Shown here: positions 12,284-24,450 of the stretch, piece by piece
Layout of the letters: every line of letters starts with the position of its first letter
How positions within the stretch are numbered: position 1 is the stretch's first letter
Assembly: GCF_018350175.1 (NCBI RefSeq)
Contig: NC_058368.1
Span: forward strand, 95,172,001-95,236,000
Direction of reading: 5' to 3'
DNA length: 64,000 nucleotides
Source of the DNA: Felis catus
Taxonomy: Eukaryota
Made by a program: the position numbers and the translations under genes
Notes under the pieces: generated by a model
Told to the model about the DNA's origin: nothing
The model's input: the letters and a program-made list of their open reading frames with translations, nothing else
The model's database searches: none

Positions 12284-15200
12284 TGCGCATTGTTTTTAAA
12301 TTCATGCTGTGAACACAGAAGTTCCTGAAGAACATAAAATGACTCACTGGGGCCATGAAATAGTCCAGCCATTTGCTCTACAGAAGCATGTTCATCGCTG
12401 GCTGGGAAAGGACAAAAGAAAAGAACATTATGCATCTTTCCTCGAAATCTAGAGAGTTTTGCTTTCTTGCTGCTTTACCAAAGAAAGAGCTCTAAACGAA
12501 AAAAGAGGGAATGTTCTTTCCCATCCTGTCCATTGCATTCTATCTCCCAGACTGAAGGAAGGCAGCAAACACGCTGGCGAGCCCCCCACCCCCACCCCAT
12601 GCCTCTAACTCACGTGCTCTAATAGACTCAAAAGAAGACAAGTCATCGTACAGGAGAGCATCTCTCTCCCCAACCCACCCAGCTCCTACCAGGCAGACCT
12701 GTTGGCATCTGACCATCAGGCAGGCTGCCCTTTGATCGGGACTCTTTCCTTCGGCCACTTGCGAAGCCTGGTCACACAGTCGGCCTCAGAGGACCTTGCT
12801 GGGTGGGGATCGGGAGGCCATAAAGTGATTCGGTTGCTTTTCCTGCTGTGGGCTCTGGGGCCTCAGTCATGAATGATGACTGTTGTTGGAAGAGTGGCTG
12901 AGTTATTATAATAATACCTGTCCTTCCACCCTGCAGGGATGTCGTCAGTGTGAGATGACATAAAGGATATGAAAGTCCTTTGAAAAGTATAAAAGACGTA
13001 AGTCCAAAGAATAAAAGAATAAAAGAACAAAAAAGCATTATGATTCCAATGATGTCAGAGCCTTCCACCCCAGGACAATTGGAATGTTCAATGACAAGCC
13101 AAGTTTTCTCTGTAGGCCCCAGGGTTTTCACCCAAGTTTTTAACAGATTTGTCTCAAACTAACCACGCTCTTAGGGAAAAAAGAAGAATGGAAAAGAGCA
13201 GTGAGCTCCCCGTCTTGGGTCAGATCCTGCTGTAAATGTTCTCTCTCACACACACGTGCATGGACAGACCCAAACCTACGTGTGTGCGGGACATACTCCT
13301 ACGAAATATAAAAATGTGTAAATACCGAGAGGGGAAAAGTGTAATCCAGAGGTAGCTGGAACCTCTCTGCTCTTATAGATCTGAGTCAGATTACCTGGGT
13401 CTCTGAGCACCCCAAGTCTCTGCAGGATTTCTACAAGTTCCCCAGGTTTCTGATGGTTACACAAGTTTTTCTCGTTTCTGTCTTGGGGTTTCTGCGGCCG
13501 ACAGGCAGACTCGTTACCGTGTGACCTAGAGAGACAGCACAGAGAAACTCAGCCTCTCTGATCCCAGCAGTCCCCATTTTCCATCCCAAACATGAGGTCG
13601 ATCATGTAGGAATGGGGGAGAGTGCACTGGGTGTGCAGGTGGGACTCCGTTTGTTCGGCAACAGTGAAGATAGTACTCCGTTCCGGACACATCTTGAGTG
13701 ACCGCTCCTTTCCAGGAGAGATTGAGAGCCTCTTTCCAAAAGCTGACTCTTCTCCCTGACCCTTCTCGTTTCCCACATCCCTCGTCCCTCACCATTAAGG
13801 GAGCCAAAGAACAGATTTCATTTCCTCGTCTCAAGCAGGGCAGCGTCCTCCCACCACCCCCAATTCCCTGGGCGAGGCTCCTCCTCTTCCAGAAGGCACT
13901 CTTTCAAATAATGAAGAGGGTTTCCAACTGGATCCAGAGAAAAAATCGTCTTCACTTCCTGACAAAAGTGTGAAAAATTTACATATTCCTTAAAAATTCC
14001 GCAGCCTCTCAGGGCCGAACACTGATAACAGAATCATGTTCAATGTGTTTTGACTATGACGCTAAATAGGTGGCTTAGAGAAATCTTTCGGTTAGATGCA
14101 ATTGTGTGGGAGAGCTAACGGAGCTAGACTCATTCCATGTTGCTCTGTTATTCTATTGAGAGAAAGACGGGGGAGAAAAAAAAGCTTTATTTCTGTCAGT
14201 GGAAGAAATGAGCTGTCTAAAAATAACATAAGGAGAACACCCACTACTCCTGTCCCTTCTCAGATGTCACATCGCATTGATCTTGGTGAGCCGGGAAGTC
14301 ACTTAGTGCATCCTTTAAAAAGTCATACTGTCCAGGGAGAGAAGGACACCTCCTTTCACTTCCAATCAGCCAACCCATCACTCCTTTTCTCCATTGGTAG
14401 GGTTGCAGAGGAATGTAAAAGGTATGAGTCATGTTCTGAAAATGCAAACACACATGCAGAGCATATAAAATGAACCGCGAGGAGAGTAGGAATTAGAGAC
14501 ACAATGCGGCCCTTTGTGAAACATGGCAACATCCCTGGGGACCAAGGTTTCTGAGTGTTGTTGAGCCGAGGGTAATGACAGGGTTCAGGGTTTGCCAGAG
14601 AGTGTGTGATAACACGGAGATTTTTAGGAAAAGTGCAGTGAGCCTTTAATCAAGCCTCAGAGGGGCTCGCCAATGGTGCCCATTCTGTCAGTTGTTTATG
14701 CGGTGGGTGGGCTGCAGTCAGAATGTCGCCCTTTTTCGCTATGAAAATTTATGGAGCGTTTATCTAATTTTTTTTTTTCTCCTTGAGGGAAACATTTGCA
14801 AAATGTTAATTACACAGGTTCTAGATTTACCGTTCCTGAAAGATGAATTCTGGAACATTACTTTTACCTGTGGTCACCTCTCTTAACTGGGAACTTGAGT
14901 TTCACTGACTTGGGATGTCACCCTGAGGGTATGTCTGTGACTCCGGAGGAATCCCTTGGGATCTACCACGTTTTGGAGTTGGGGAAGGTATTATTCTGGG
15001 CTGCAGGTTATGGCTGTTAGATGGATAACACGTCAGGAGGATCGCAGCCATGCACAAATGGAGGGATTTTGACTTGCTATGCCTTCCATGTAACAGTTAT
15101 TACGTTTGTGTTTTTTTTTTTTTTTTTGTAGATAATTGTTCAATCATAGAGTGTTATGGTGGAGTCTTTGATCTCATTCCCCAAAGTTAACTGTAAAACT

Positions 15201-16127
15201 TTTGTATGAGCTCCCGTATTCCTGGATTACAAAATGGCACCAGCAGACAATTCTTACTGTCATGGATAATTGCCAGAGAGAGGGGAAATAGGATAGAGGG
15301 CTGGGATAAAGAATGAAAGTAAACACTTAAGGGGAACATAATGCTTTAGAGGAAGGCACAGCACTGTAATAGTGTAACGATTCCAATCCCAGATTCATGG
15401 TGATTTAATGAAATAAGCAGCATGCGTTGGCCCTAAACATATGTTGACAGAGGCAGATTGAATATTAGAGATTTCTATTGTAAAGTAGTGATTTTTGTGT
15501 CCAAGATGTCATTATCTTCCAAAGATATGCACTCCTTTGAGGTCTGAAAATACAGGTAGTTTCCTTTTAATGCTTCTTGAGCCTTGCACTCATTGTTTTC
15601 TCTTGGAGGACGCTTGTGATTTCCATGCACAGACACTGTCATAGGATCTGCATTTGAGCAATCAGCAGCCCAAGACTATTCGATAGAAAGGCTGGAGGAG
15701 AATGAGAAGGCTTCTTATTCTGGCCGTCATAGATGATTGTTGGGTTTGTAAAGGCCTTCAGATAGAATGACAAGGAGAATTCAAAACCCAATGCTTTGAT
15801 TAGAACTAATTAGAACTAACCCCTGCTCTCTTCTTCATTTGCCAGGTAGCATACCTTACCTTAATTTCTGGGGGAGGGGTGGAGAAAACTCTGCCCAAAC
15901 AGGATGTACAGCTGTTGATCTGGAACCATGTCGTACAACAGAACTAAAGGAAGGGGTTGGACTCACTGCCTTATCCTGAAACACGTCTCCAGGATTGGTC
16001 CCATGGTTTTTACCACGGATGGCAGAGAAAGGCAGAGCAAGAACAAAATTGTGTTAATGTGGCCACCAATGCCATCCTAACTGTCAGTATCTGCCAAAGC
16101 TGGGATATCACTTAACCCACCTAATAT

Positions 16128-16328
16128 TTTTCTTTAATTTTTTTTCAATGTTTATTTATTTTGAGAGAGAGAGAGCACAGGCAGGGGAGGGGCAGAGAGA
16201 GAGGGAGACACAGAATGCGAAGCAGGCTCCAGGCTCTGGGCCGTCATCACAGAGCCCAACGCGGGACTTGAACTCATGGGCTGGGAGAGCATGACCTGGG
16301 CTGAAGACTGAGCCTCCCAGTTGTCCCT
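16128..16328 (-). mobile_element. Can-SINE with TSD
   Basis: Antisense body with short deletion near the head; TSD TTAAC(C)CACCTAATATTTT. Confidence 0.95.
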
Positions 16329-18164
16329 TAACCACCTAATATTTTATCCCACTGCCATGACTTGAAATTTAGGGCCCTTTTCCACACAAGACTAGGAATC
16401 CCTCTCTGATTTTGCTCTCAAGAGAATGACCCCCTCATCTTATATTTGTCTGTTGCTTCCTCCCAAATGTCATCTTTGGTCCATACTTCCAGGGTTGGGC
16501 CTTGGCTTTCACGCACTACAGGGTATTTGGTGTTTTAAATTATACCTGCAATTCTCATGGCAGACCTAGGAAATCATTACAGAATGAAGGGAGTCAGCAG
16601 CTCTGATTTAATATTTTTCTGTCTCTAGGTCTTAAATCCTTCTGCTTTGTCCAAGTCTTCATTTACCCCAACACTAGGATAAGATTTCAGAGGATACTTT
16701 TCCTCATGAAATTTTCCATGTTTTTTTGACTGAAAGAAAAGATTCATTCACCACAGAATTCATCCAAATTTGAAGAAGGGGGTTAGAAAGTTCAGATGTT
16801 ATTCCAAATGGATATTAAAAAAAAAAAAGCCAGTCTATCAGTAATGAAGGTAATATAGAGCTAAATAGAAAACAAAACTGTTCCTTCTGGAAAAACAAAA
16901 TTCACAAGATGTTTTTTTTTTTTTCCTTGGATATCAGCCTCTTCAAGATTTGGAGTTCCTAGTCATTGAAAAGCTTTGCTCATTTTCTATCATGGTAACA
17001 TATATAGATAGTACAGTAGCTAATTGCAATTACCCTAGATAAAGACCCAAAGAAAAAGAAAGAAGGAAAAAAGATTTTCTTCCCCCATTTCTTAGTTTGT
17101 GCACATTCCATTCCAGATGGGGCCCATTATGTGATGTTGTATTTCAAAAGGGAAACATGTCTTAAAGTTGCTGAAAAAATGTCCATTAAGGAAATAAGAG
17201 CCGCTGCAGGAAAGACACGTGTTATCTATTTCTTCAATTAGTCGCAAAATCCTGGTAGTATTCCTGGAGAACTGTGGGGGTTCTAATTGAAATATTCGAA
17301 TCCCCACTCCTCCCCAACCCACCAATGCTATTGTGAAAAGGGAGAAAGAATCATAGGATTCAATTCTGGGGGAAAAACCATTTCTGATTTTGTAGCTAAG
17401 AGAATAGAGTTGCGCAATTTTGCTTAATGTGTCGTTTATTAAAAGTTTTTCTCAGTAGGACAGCAAGCAATTATGTGAAGCAGCTGGGTTACAGAAGGAC
17501 CGATCGCATGTTATTACACGCAGAGGAATTATGGATTATGGAAAGATGAACAATGTAATTATGCTCACGGAGTGTCACTTATTAATTTTTTAAGGTGAGA
17601 TTTGCAATAATTTCATAATAGCTATAAAAATCAGAGCAAATGCCTGGGTTGCTAAGGGTCTCCAAGATTTAAAATTGGTACATGGCTTTCATTTTGTTAA
17701 AATGTGGTAGAGGGCATGATCGTTTTCAGCGCTGCAAGGGGAATGAAATCCTACAAATGCTGAGGCCAGAATCTAAAACTTTTAATCAAAAATCCTCGTT
17801 TCATTAACTTTCTTTTGTCACAACGCTAGTCCCTTCCTGGGTTACTGTAGTGATGGACTCATATGGGATAACCCACAACTGTCTTTCATTTCCTCGGAGT
17901 AAATTATGCAAAGTGAAAAGCCGCCTGAGTCCCCAAGTCAATTAACACCTTTTCCGGCTCCACTACCGTAATTATTTGAGAAGCCTCACCTTTAAGAAGC
18001 CCGACAATCGCTCAAAACTCAGGGCCACCTTGGCCTTTTGGGGGCCCTGCTCTAAACTGTTTAAAATACTTTTTCTCAATTATTCTTTCCATTGCCTCCT
18101 CCACCCTCTTGTTTCTAGTTTCTTCTTAGCATTGTTGCTAATTAGGTTCGCTTTTTTCAAACAG

Positions 18165-18188
18165 GCAGAGGACAGTCTGTGTTGCCAG
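18165..18188 (+). other. Candidate 24-nt microexon, host gene unknown
   Basis: GCTAAT branch-like motif (18137-18142), CTTTTTTCAAACAG acceptor, GCAGAGGACAGTCTGTGTTGCCAG, consensus donor CAG|GTAAGT; no stop in any frame. Confidence 0.4.
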
Positions 18189-18236
18189 GTAAGTAGGTGG
18201 TATTTGCAGTGAGCAATTAAAATGAGCTTTGCTGAA

Positions 18237-18400
18237 TGAAAGAAAGGAAGAAAGAAAGACAGAAAGACAGAAAGAGAGAAAGAAGAAAGAAAGCAAGAAA
18301 GAAAAGAAAGAGGAGAGAAAGAAAGAAAAAGAAAGAAAGAAAGAAAGAAAAAGAAAGAAAGAAAACTAATAACAATAGTAAAGCAACAACAACAACAACA
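18237..18400. repeat. (GAAA)n polypurine tract followed by (AAC)n
   Basis: Directly visible. Confidence 0.95.
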
Positions 18401-18914
18401 GATAAGGGTAAAAAAACTGAGGTGACAAGAGAAGTTAACCTGCAGTAGTAAACTGTGAGGTGACTTGAAAATCCTGCAGCTGTAGGTGAGTGGGTGGCCT
18501 GGGCAGTGGCTTTTGGCCAACTCACATAAAAAAAAAAAAAACACAAAAACAAAAACACAACAAAACAGAAAAACAACAAAGGAATACAGAATCATCATCT
18601 CAAATCTGATCATTTTTTAAATTTCCCAGCTGCTACATAGCTTTAATTTTTACCTTTGAGTATTTTCCTCCGAATGGTAATAACTTCATTTTTTTAGCTT
18701 CCCAATGAAATTGATACTCACTGTTAAAATGTGAAATTGAGTAAAAATCTCCAAAAATCCCCAGTGAAAAATTCTGCTAACACTGAGTGTCTGTGCTCTT
18801 TCCAGCACTTTCCATCTGACATATAAATATGAATGATAGATACAAATATATATAATTATACGTATACATAAATTTATGTATATATAAGTATACATATATG
18901 CATTTTTATTAAAA

Positions 18915-20130
18915 ATCCACTTGTTCATAACATTATATATTGAGCATCTATTATGTTCCAGGCAGTGGGATACCGTGGTGACCAAAAACCGACACGGTCC
19001 CTCTTCTTGGGGAGCCTAACAGCCTAGTGCAGGAGAGAGAGATTAATTAAAGAAACCTGTAACATTACAAATGTGGCAAATGCCATCCATGAAGGAGAGG
19101 TACGTATTATAAGACTTTATGCTGGGGACAAGGGCTTAATCCAAGATGCCAGGGAAGGTTTTCTGGAAGAACCGATGACACTGAATTGAGATTTTCAGGA
19201 AGAAGATAGATGGTGCCTTGAAAAGATAGGGATGTCAAGGAGCAAGGATTTCCTTTCCCCTTTGGGGTCCATCTAGCTGGACTAAGAATCAGACTGATAG
19301 GAGACGAGTTGACAGAAAATCAAATTTGGTTTCGTACATAAGGGGGGGTTTACACAGACACAAAATTCCACGAGGCTTAGAGGCCATCCTGAGCCAAGGA
19401 GAGGGGTGAGGTCTGAGGATACGTCAGCAAGAATGTGAGAGGAGATGCTTGCAAAATAAAGGTTGCCTTATGAAGCAGGTAGTCTCTCAGGTAGAGAGGA
19501 ATCTTTTGTTGATAGTTGTCTTCCTGGTATAAGCTCTCCTTTCCCGTGTAAATTTAGGCCTTTGGGGGGGGGGGGTGCAGGGGGGAGCAGTAAAGAGCCC
19601 TTCTTGAATCCCCTGGGCTCTAATTGCCTTTAACTCAAAACTGTGTTCAATGCAGGAGTGGCCTGCCCTTGGCCTCTACAGGCGTGAGGGGAAAAGAGGG
19701 TCCAGGACAGCTGAGCTTTTTAGGTAGAGGAAGCTGCTTGGTAAAAGGCTTCATGATAGGAGGAGGTACATGCATTTGAGAAAAATAAACAAGGCTAACA
19801 TCCAGACAGTAAATCTGTCACCATGGGAGACAAGCTCAGAGTGGCTGGTAAGAGCCAGACTTTGTAGGGCCTTGTAGACCCTGCTGAGACTCGGTTCTCA
19901 CCCCCAAGAGTAATGGAAGCAGTGATTCAGGCATGGAGGTGATGTGTTTCATCGGGCTCTGCCTGGTTTCAGTGTGGAGGACTCACTAGTTGCCAGGGGG
20001 TTCAGTTGGGAGGCTGTCAGGGTAGAAGGGAGAGAGAGATGACCCGGAACTAGGGTACTGGCAGTGGAACTGGAGAGAAAAGAACTGGTCATGTATTGCA
20101 TGTAGGGCTAGGTGACAGAGAAGTGTCAAG
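18915..20130 (-). mobile_element. L2 fragment split by an LTR
   Basis: ATTGAGCATCTATTATGTTCCAGGCA antisense L2 3' end; L2-like sequence resumes after 19680 (GTAGGGCCTTGTAGACC). Confidence 0.72.
19233..19680 (-). mobile_element. Probable ERV1-class solo LTR inserted in L2
   Basis: TGT...ACA termini, ~450 bp, interrupts contiguous L2. Family and strand are inferred. Confidence 0.6.
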
Positions 20131-20132
20131 GG

Positions 20133-20366
20133 AGGGACACCTGGGTGGATTAGCAGGTGGAGCATCCGACTCTTCATTTTGACTCGAGCCGTGATCCTAC
20201 GGTTTGTGGGTTTGAGCCCCATATCTGGCTCTGCGCTGACAATGCAGAGCCTGCTTGGGATTCTGTCTCTCTCTGTCTCTCTCTCCCCCCTCTGCCCCTC
20301 TCCCACTCACGTTCTCTCTCTCTCTCTCTCTCAAAATAAATAAATAAACTTAAAAAAAAAAAAAAA
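20133..20366 (+). mobile_element. Can-SINE with TSD
   Basis: Full body; flanks AGAAGTGTCAAGG / AGAAGAGTCAAGG. Confidence 0.95.
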
Positions 20367-20419
20367 GAAAGAAGAGTCAAGGAAGATTCCGTTCCATCTG
20401 CCCAGTTTCTTCTATGGTT

Positions 20420-21420
20420 GCCTTTCAAACCTTCTGCCATTTTGACTATGGTGCTCTCTGTTACTGCTTTGCAGTACCTACTTCTAGATTGTGAGGTATT
20501 ATCCCTTTTTCTGATACATGTTCCAAATATTCTCTTCTCATCTATTCTTTGTCTTTTTGTTTTACAGTATTTTGTTACGATCACAAGTTTGTTTTGCACA
20601 GTTATATTTGTCAGTCTTTTCTATTTCTTCTAGATTTTGCATCTCCTAATGCTTTTATGATAATGTTTGATTGTTTTGGGGGGATTGTATTAGAAGGTAT
20701 GGATAGACCTTATATTTCTTACCCATCTATCCTAAGATGGGTAAAAAACTACATTTACATTGGTTATTCTCCTTCCCCCATTAATTTGATGTTTTAAAGT
20801 TTAATTATTTATTTTTGAGATAGAGAATGAGCTTGAGTAGGGAAGGGCAGAGAGAGAGGGGGACAGAGGATCTGAATCAGGCTCTGTGCTGACAGCAGAC
20901 AGCCCGACATGGGGTTAGAACTCACAAACTGTGAGATCGTGACCTGAACCACAGTTGGATACTTACAACCCATTGAGTCACCCAGGTGCCCCACCCCTGA
21001 CTAATTGGAAGTAATTTCCCATATATACACACAAAACACAGATACACACACACACACACACATGTACATACACGGGAGATATTTAGTACATTATTGTGAT
21101 TAGCTGTTTTCATTGACTTTTTTTGTGCTAATCACACACTATCTCATATAGCTTTACTTAAACCATTTTTTAAAAAAATTGTTAATTATTTTTGGACACT
21201 TTCTATTCCACAGAAACCCAGAGCATTACCTTGTCTGTTCCATGAAAGAAACCGTGGGTGTTTTACTTGAGATGGCACCAAATTTGTAGATTAATTTGAG
21301 AAGAATTGACATTTTTATCACGTCGATGCTTCTTGTCCAGCAATGCGGTATGTCCCCATTTATCCAAATCTTCTTTTATGCTCTTCAGTAAAGTTTTATG
21401 ATTTTATTTATATAGGTCTT
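20420..21420 (-). mobile_element. Old L1 fragments interrupted by a SINE and (CA)n
   Basis: T-rich strand; AATTTGTAGATTAATTTGAGAAGAATTGACATTTT...TATATAGGTCTT resembles antisense L1 ORF2. Confidence 0.7.
20790..20992 (-). mobile_element. Can-SINE
   Basis: Antisense body ending CACCCAGGTGCCCC. Confidence 0.94.
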
Positions 21421-22518
21421 AAGGCAAAAGTCTTTTGTTTGACGAGAACAATCTTACAGTTTCCCACTTCCTGACTTCAGTTAAGGGTGTATAAATAGAC
21501 CCATCTTCTCTGCTGAAAATATCTAGGCTGATTTTGAGAAGTTTGTGTACCTCAGATCATTAGGATGTGTCTTCTCTTTCTAGAAGGTTTGCCATTTGTT
21601 CCAGGCAGGAGGATGTGGGGAAAGTGAGTTTTTGTTTTCTTGGAATAAATACCTTTATGGGGAATTTTGAATCCGTCTCTGTGCAAGGGATGGCCTGTCT
21701 TCTCTAGGACAACGTTTAATGTGGACAGAGGCTGTGAACCTATGGTTGTATGTCTACATCTTTAGAAACACGCTCTCTAGTAATTTGGAAATATTTCAGC
21801 ATAATTCTTCCGCTGGAACATGTTCAAGGCCCAGCTGAAGAATCACTCACCCTTATTCTTATATGTTTACCTGCTGATCTTTCTCTGGGCAACGACCTCT
21901 TAGATTCACTGAAGGGTGGAAGAAATCTAGCCAGAAGCCCTTAAGAAACCGTCCCGAAAGTTCATCTTCTCTTTTTTTTGAAAAACAGTCTCTTCTTGCT
22001 CCCCCCTGCTCAGGCAAGGAGAGGAGTCACCATTAGATGTTATGGCTGATAATGCACACAGGGGCATGCACACAAAGATTAAAGGCTCCGAGCATGTTTC
22101 TCCACTTGATGGATCCAGCATTCTTCGTCCAAATAGCTCTGTTCGAAACTGTTCTTTCAATGTTTGGGCTATGCTTGTCTCTGATAGCGCCAACTTAATG
22201 TAAATTAGAGAGACGTGGTGAATTCCCTGGGAGAGCTGGCAGGAACAAAGCTGGGGTCCCTGAACCTCTCTGTCTCCTCTCTGTTTGTTCTCAGCCTCTC
22301 CGATCTTGCCTGCTTGTGAAACTCCATCAATGGTAACTTGTGTCTTCGTTGTGTTGGCTGGAGCCCGGGCTCTGCAATTTGCAGCTTACTGTCGATTTCA
22401 TTTGGGGTTAATACTTTCCTATTATACCTATTGTCTGGCCCTCACTCTCCTGCCTGGTACTGTAATACACTGCTTTCAGTATTCTAATGGGATCGCATGG
22501 GTCTGCCATCACTAGCTC

Positions 22519-22520
<2 letters not shown>

Positions 22521-22563
<43 letters not shown>

Positions 22564-22766
22564 CAACATTTATTTATTTTTGGGACAGAGAGAGACAGAG
22601 CATGAACGGGGGAGGGGCAGAGAGAGAGGGAGACACAGAATCGGAAACAGGCTCCAGGCTCTGAGCCATCAGCCCAGAGCCTGACGCGGGGCTCGAACTC
22701 CCGGACCGAGAGATCGTGACCTGGCTGAAGTCGGACACTCAACCGACTGCGCCACCCAGGCGCCCC
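22521..22766 (-). mobile_element. Very young SINEC_Fc-type SINE
   Basis: 43-nt pure T tract (22521-22563), CpG-rich body, perfect TSD ACTAGCTCGATTTTT at 22511 and 22767. Confidence 0.98.
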
Positions 22767-23098
22767 ACTAGCTCGATTTTTAACAGGAAGCTGGGACAAT
22801 AAAGGCCTTGAGAAAGCAAATGTGAGAAATGCCTGCTTCTGTCTGGGGACCTTAGTGCAAAATGAAAACAATAGTGTCTTTTTGCTTGCTTCTGCCATTC
22901 CCATTTTCACCAGTAAAGAGCTAGCGCCTTTCCCTGTACCGTGGGCACAAAGAAAAATGGCGTCAGCCATCAGAGGCTTGTACTTCAAGATATAAAATAG
23001 GTTTCCTTGTAAACACCTAATTGCCACCTATGGTCTGCTTTTCTTTTGCCATTCTTTACTCAACTCTAAGCAATCTTGGTTCAAAGAGTGTACCTTGA

Positions 23099-23127
23099 TT
23101 AATAATAATAATAATAATAATAATAAG
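23099..23127. repeat. (AAT)n microsatellite
   Basis: Directly visible. Confidence 0.92.
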
Positions 23128-23639
23128 ACATGGCATTTTAAAAGAGAAATCCAGAAAACCTAGTGGCAGGTAATTACTAACAACTCCTTTGTGCGTTAAC
23201 TGAACTAAGCCGATGATGTGGTACAACTTCGTGGGGACCAGCTCCATGCAGAGCCGGCCTTTGAGGAAGGGGCCTCTGGTTCTTTCTGGACCCAGTTAAT
23301 GATGCTCTCGTTAACAATAGACAAGTTAATGAGACTTTCAACAGCATTTGGGGACACTTAGGAAAGAAGAATCCTGAAGAAGGAATTAGGAGTTTTTACT
23401 CTCCAAAAGGATGAAAATAGGAAAGTCAGAAATGATCTTTATTTCCACTGTTAGACAATGTCAGGTACCCAGTTTCTAGCTTTCTTCATAGGGTCCTTCT
23501 TATCCTCCTTCCTGGTGGTCATCCCGTTGTTCTTGCTGACTCCTTTTTCCTTCCTCGGGGGCTTAGTGATACTATTCTCCGCCTTCACATACCCTCTCCT
23601 CCATCTTGTACTGAAAGAAATAGATTTTTAGTTTACAAA

Positions 23640-24198
23640 ATTCTGTTCCTTCTGTCATGAGTCCTAGCGTTTTGGCTTGATGCATGGTTGACTACTTAGA
23701 AACTACATTTCCCAGGCTCCTTTGCAGCTAAAATTCCAAGCTATAAATTGGGCTCCACTGATAGAAGTTCTCATAGGAGATTTCTAAGAAGAGAAACAGA
23801 GGCTTCTTTTCCACTCTGGCTGTCTTTACTGCCCAGCAAGGTCATGGCTTTCTTGCCTTGGCTTCTGGTCTTTTGTAGCTTCCTGCTTGTCAGGAAGCAG
23901 TGGGGGTAGTGGCCACATCTTGATCTGATCTCCAGTCTCTAAGCACAGCCTCTTGAGTCTATTCTCCTGCTTCCTGCTGCAGCAGGGGCCTCAGACGCCT
24001 GCCAGGGCTGTAGCTGGGCCTCTACGTTTGCAGGCCCTGTGCTAAGCCAGTTCTGGGTTGTTCTGGGACTCATTCCAAGAAGCTCATCTCTCACTTTCTA
24101 GTGAATTTGTCAGCCTCTCAACTCCTGTATTAAACCCATTCTGCTGAAAACATGTGGGGTGAATTCTGGTTCCTGCACTGACCCTACTGCAACTAACA
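23640..24198 (+). mobile_element. Old ERVL-type solo LTR (LTR33/LTR16-like)
   Basis: ACTACATTTCCCAGGCTCCTTTGCAGCTA core, ATTAAA poly(A) signal, 3' end TTCTGGTTCCTGCACTGACCCT...AACA. Confidence 0.62.
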
Positions 24199-24274
24199 GT
24201 AATTATGCCCAGTCTGATAGAATTTGAGGGCAGAGACTGTCCTTGTACAGTAGGCCCTCACAAAGAACCAACAA

Positions 24275-24450
24275 GTTCCATGTGCCAGGCTTCACGTGAG
24301 GCACTTGACATACATTCTTTCACTGGCTCATCCCAACCACCCTAGGAGGTAGGCACTGCCGCCATTTTGTTGACATCCCGATCCACAAAAGTGAGGTTAG
24401 GGAGGTCAGTAACCTGCGTGAGGCCACAGAGCTAGGCAGTGAAATCCCCT
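24275..24450 (-). mobile_element. MIR
   Basis: ATGTGCCAGGC...CAACCACCCTAGGAGGTAGG...AGGCCACAGAGCTAG. Confidence 0.68.

Noticed and set aside
15799..15819. 10-bp tandem duplication ATTAGAACTA x2 (similar CTAGGCACG repeat near 11790)
   Set aside because: Ordinary slippage-scale duplications with no further structure.
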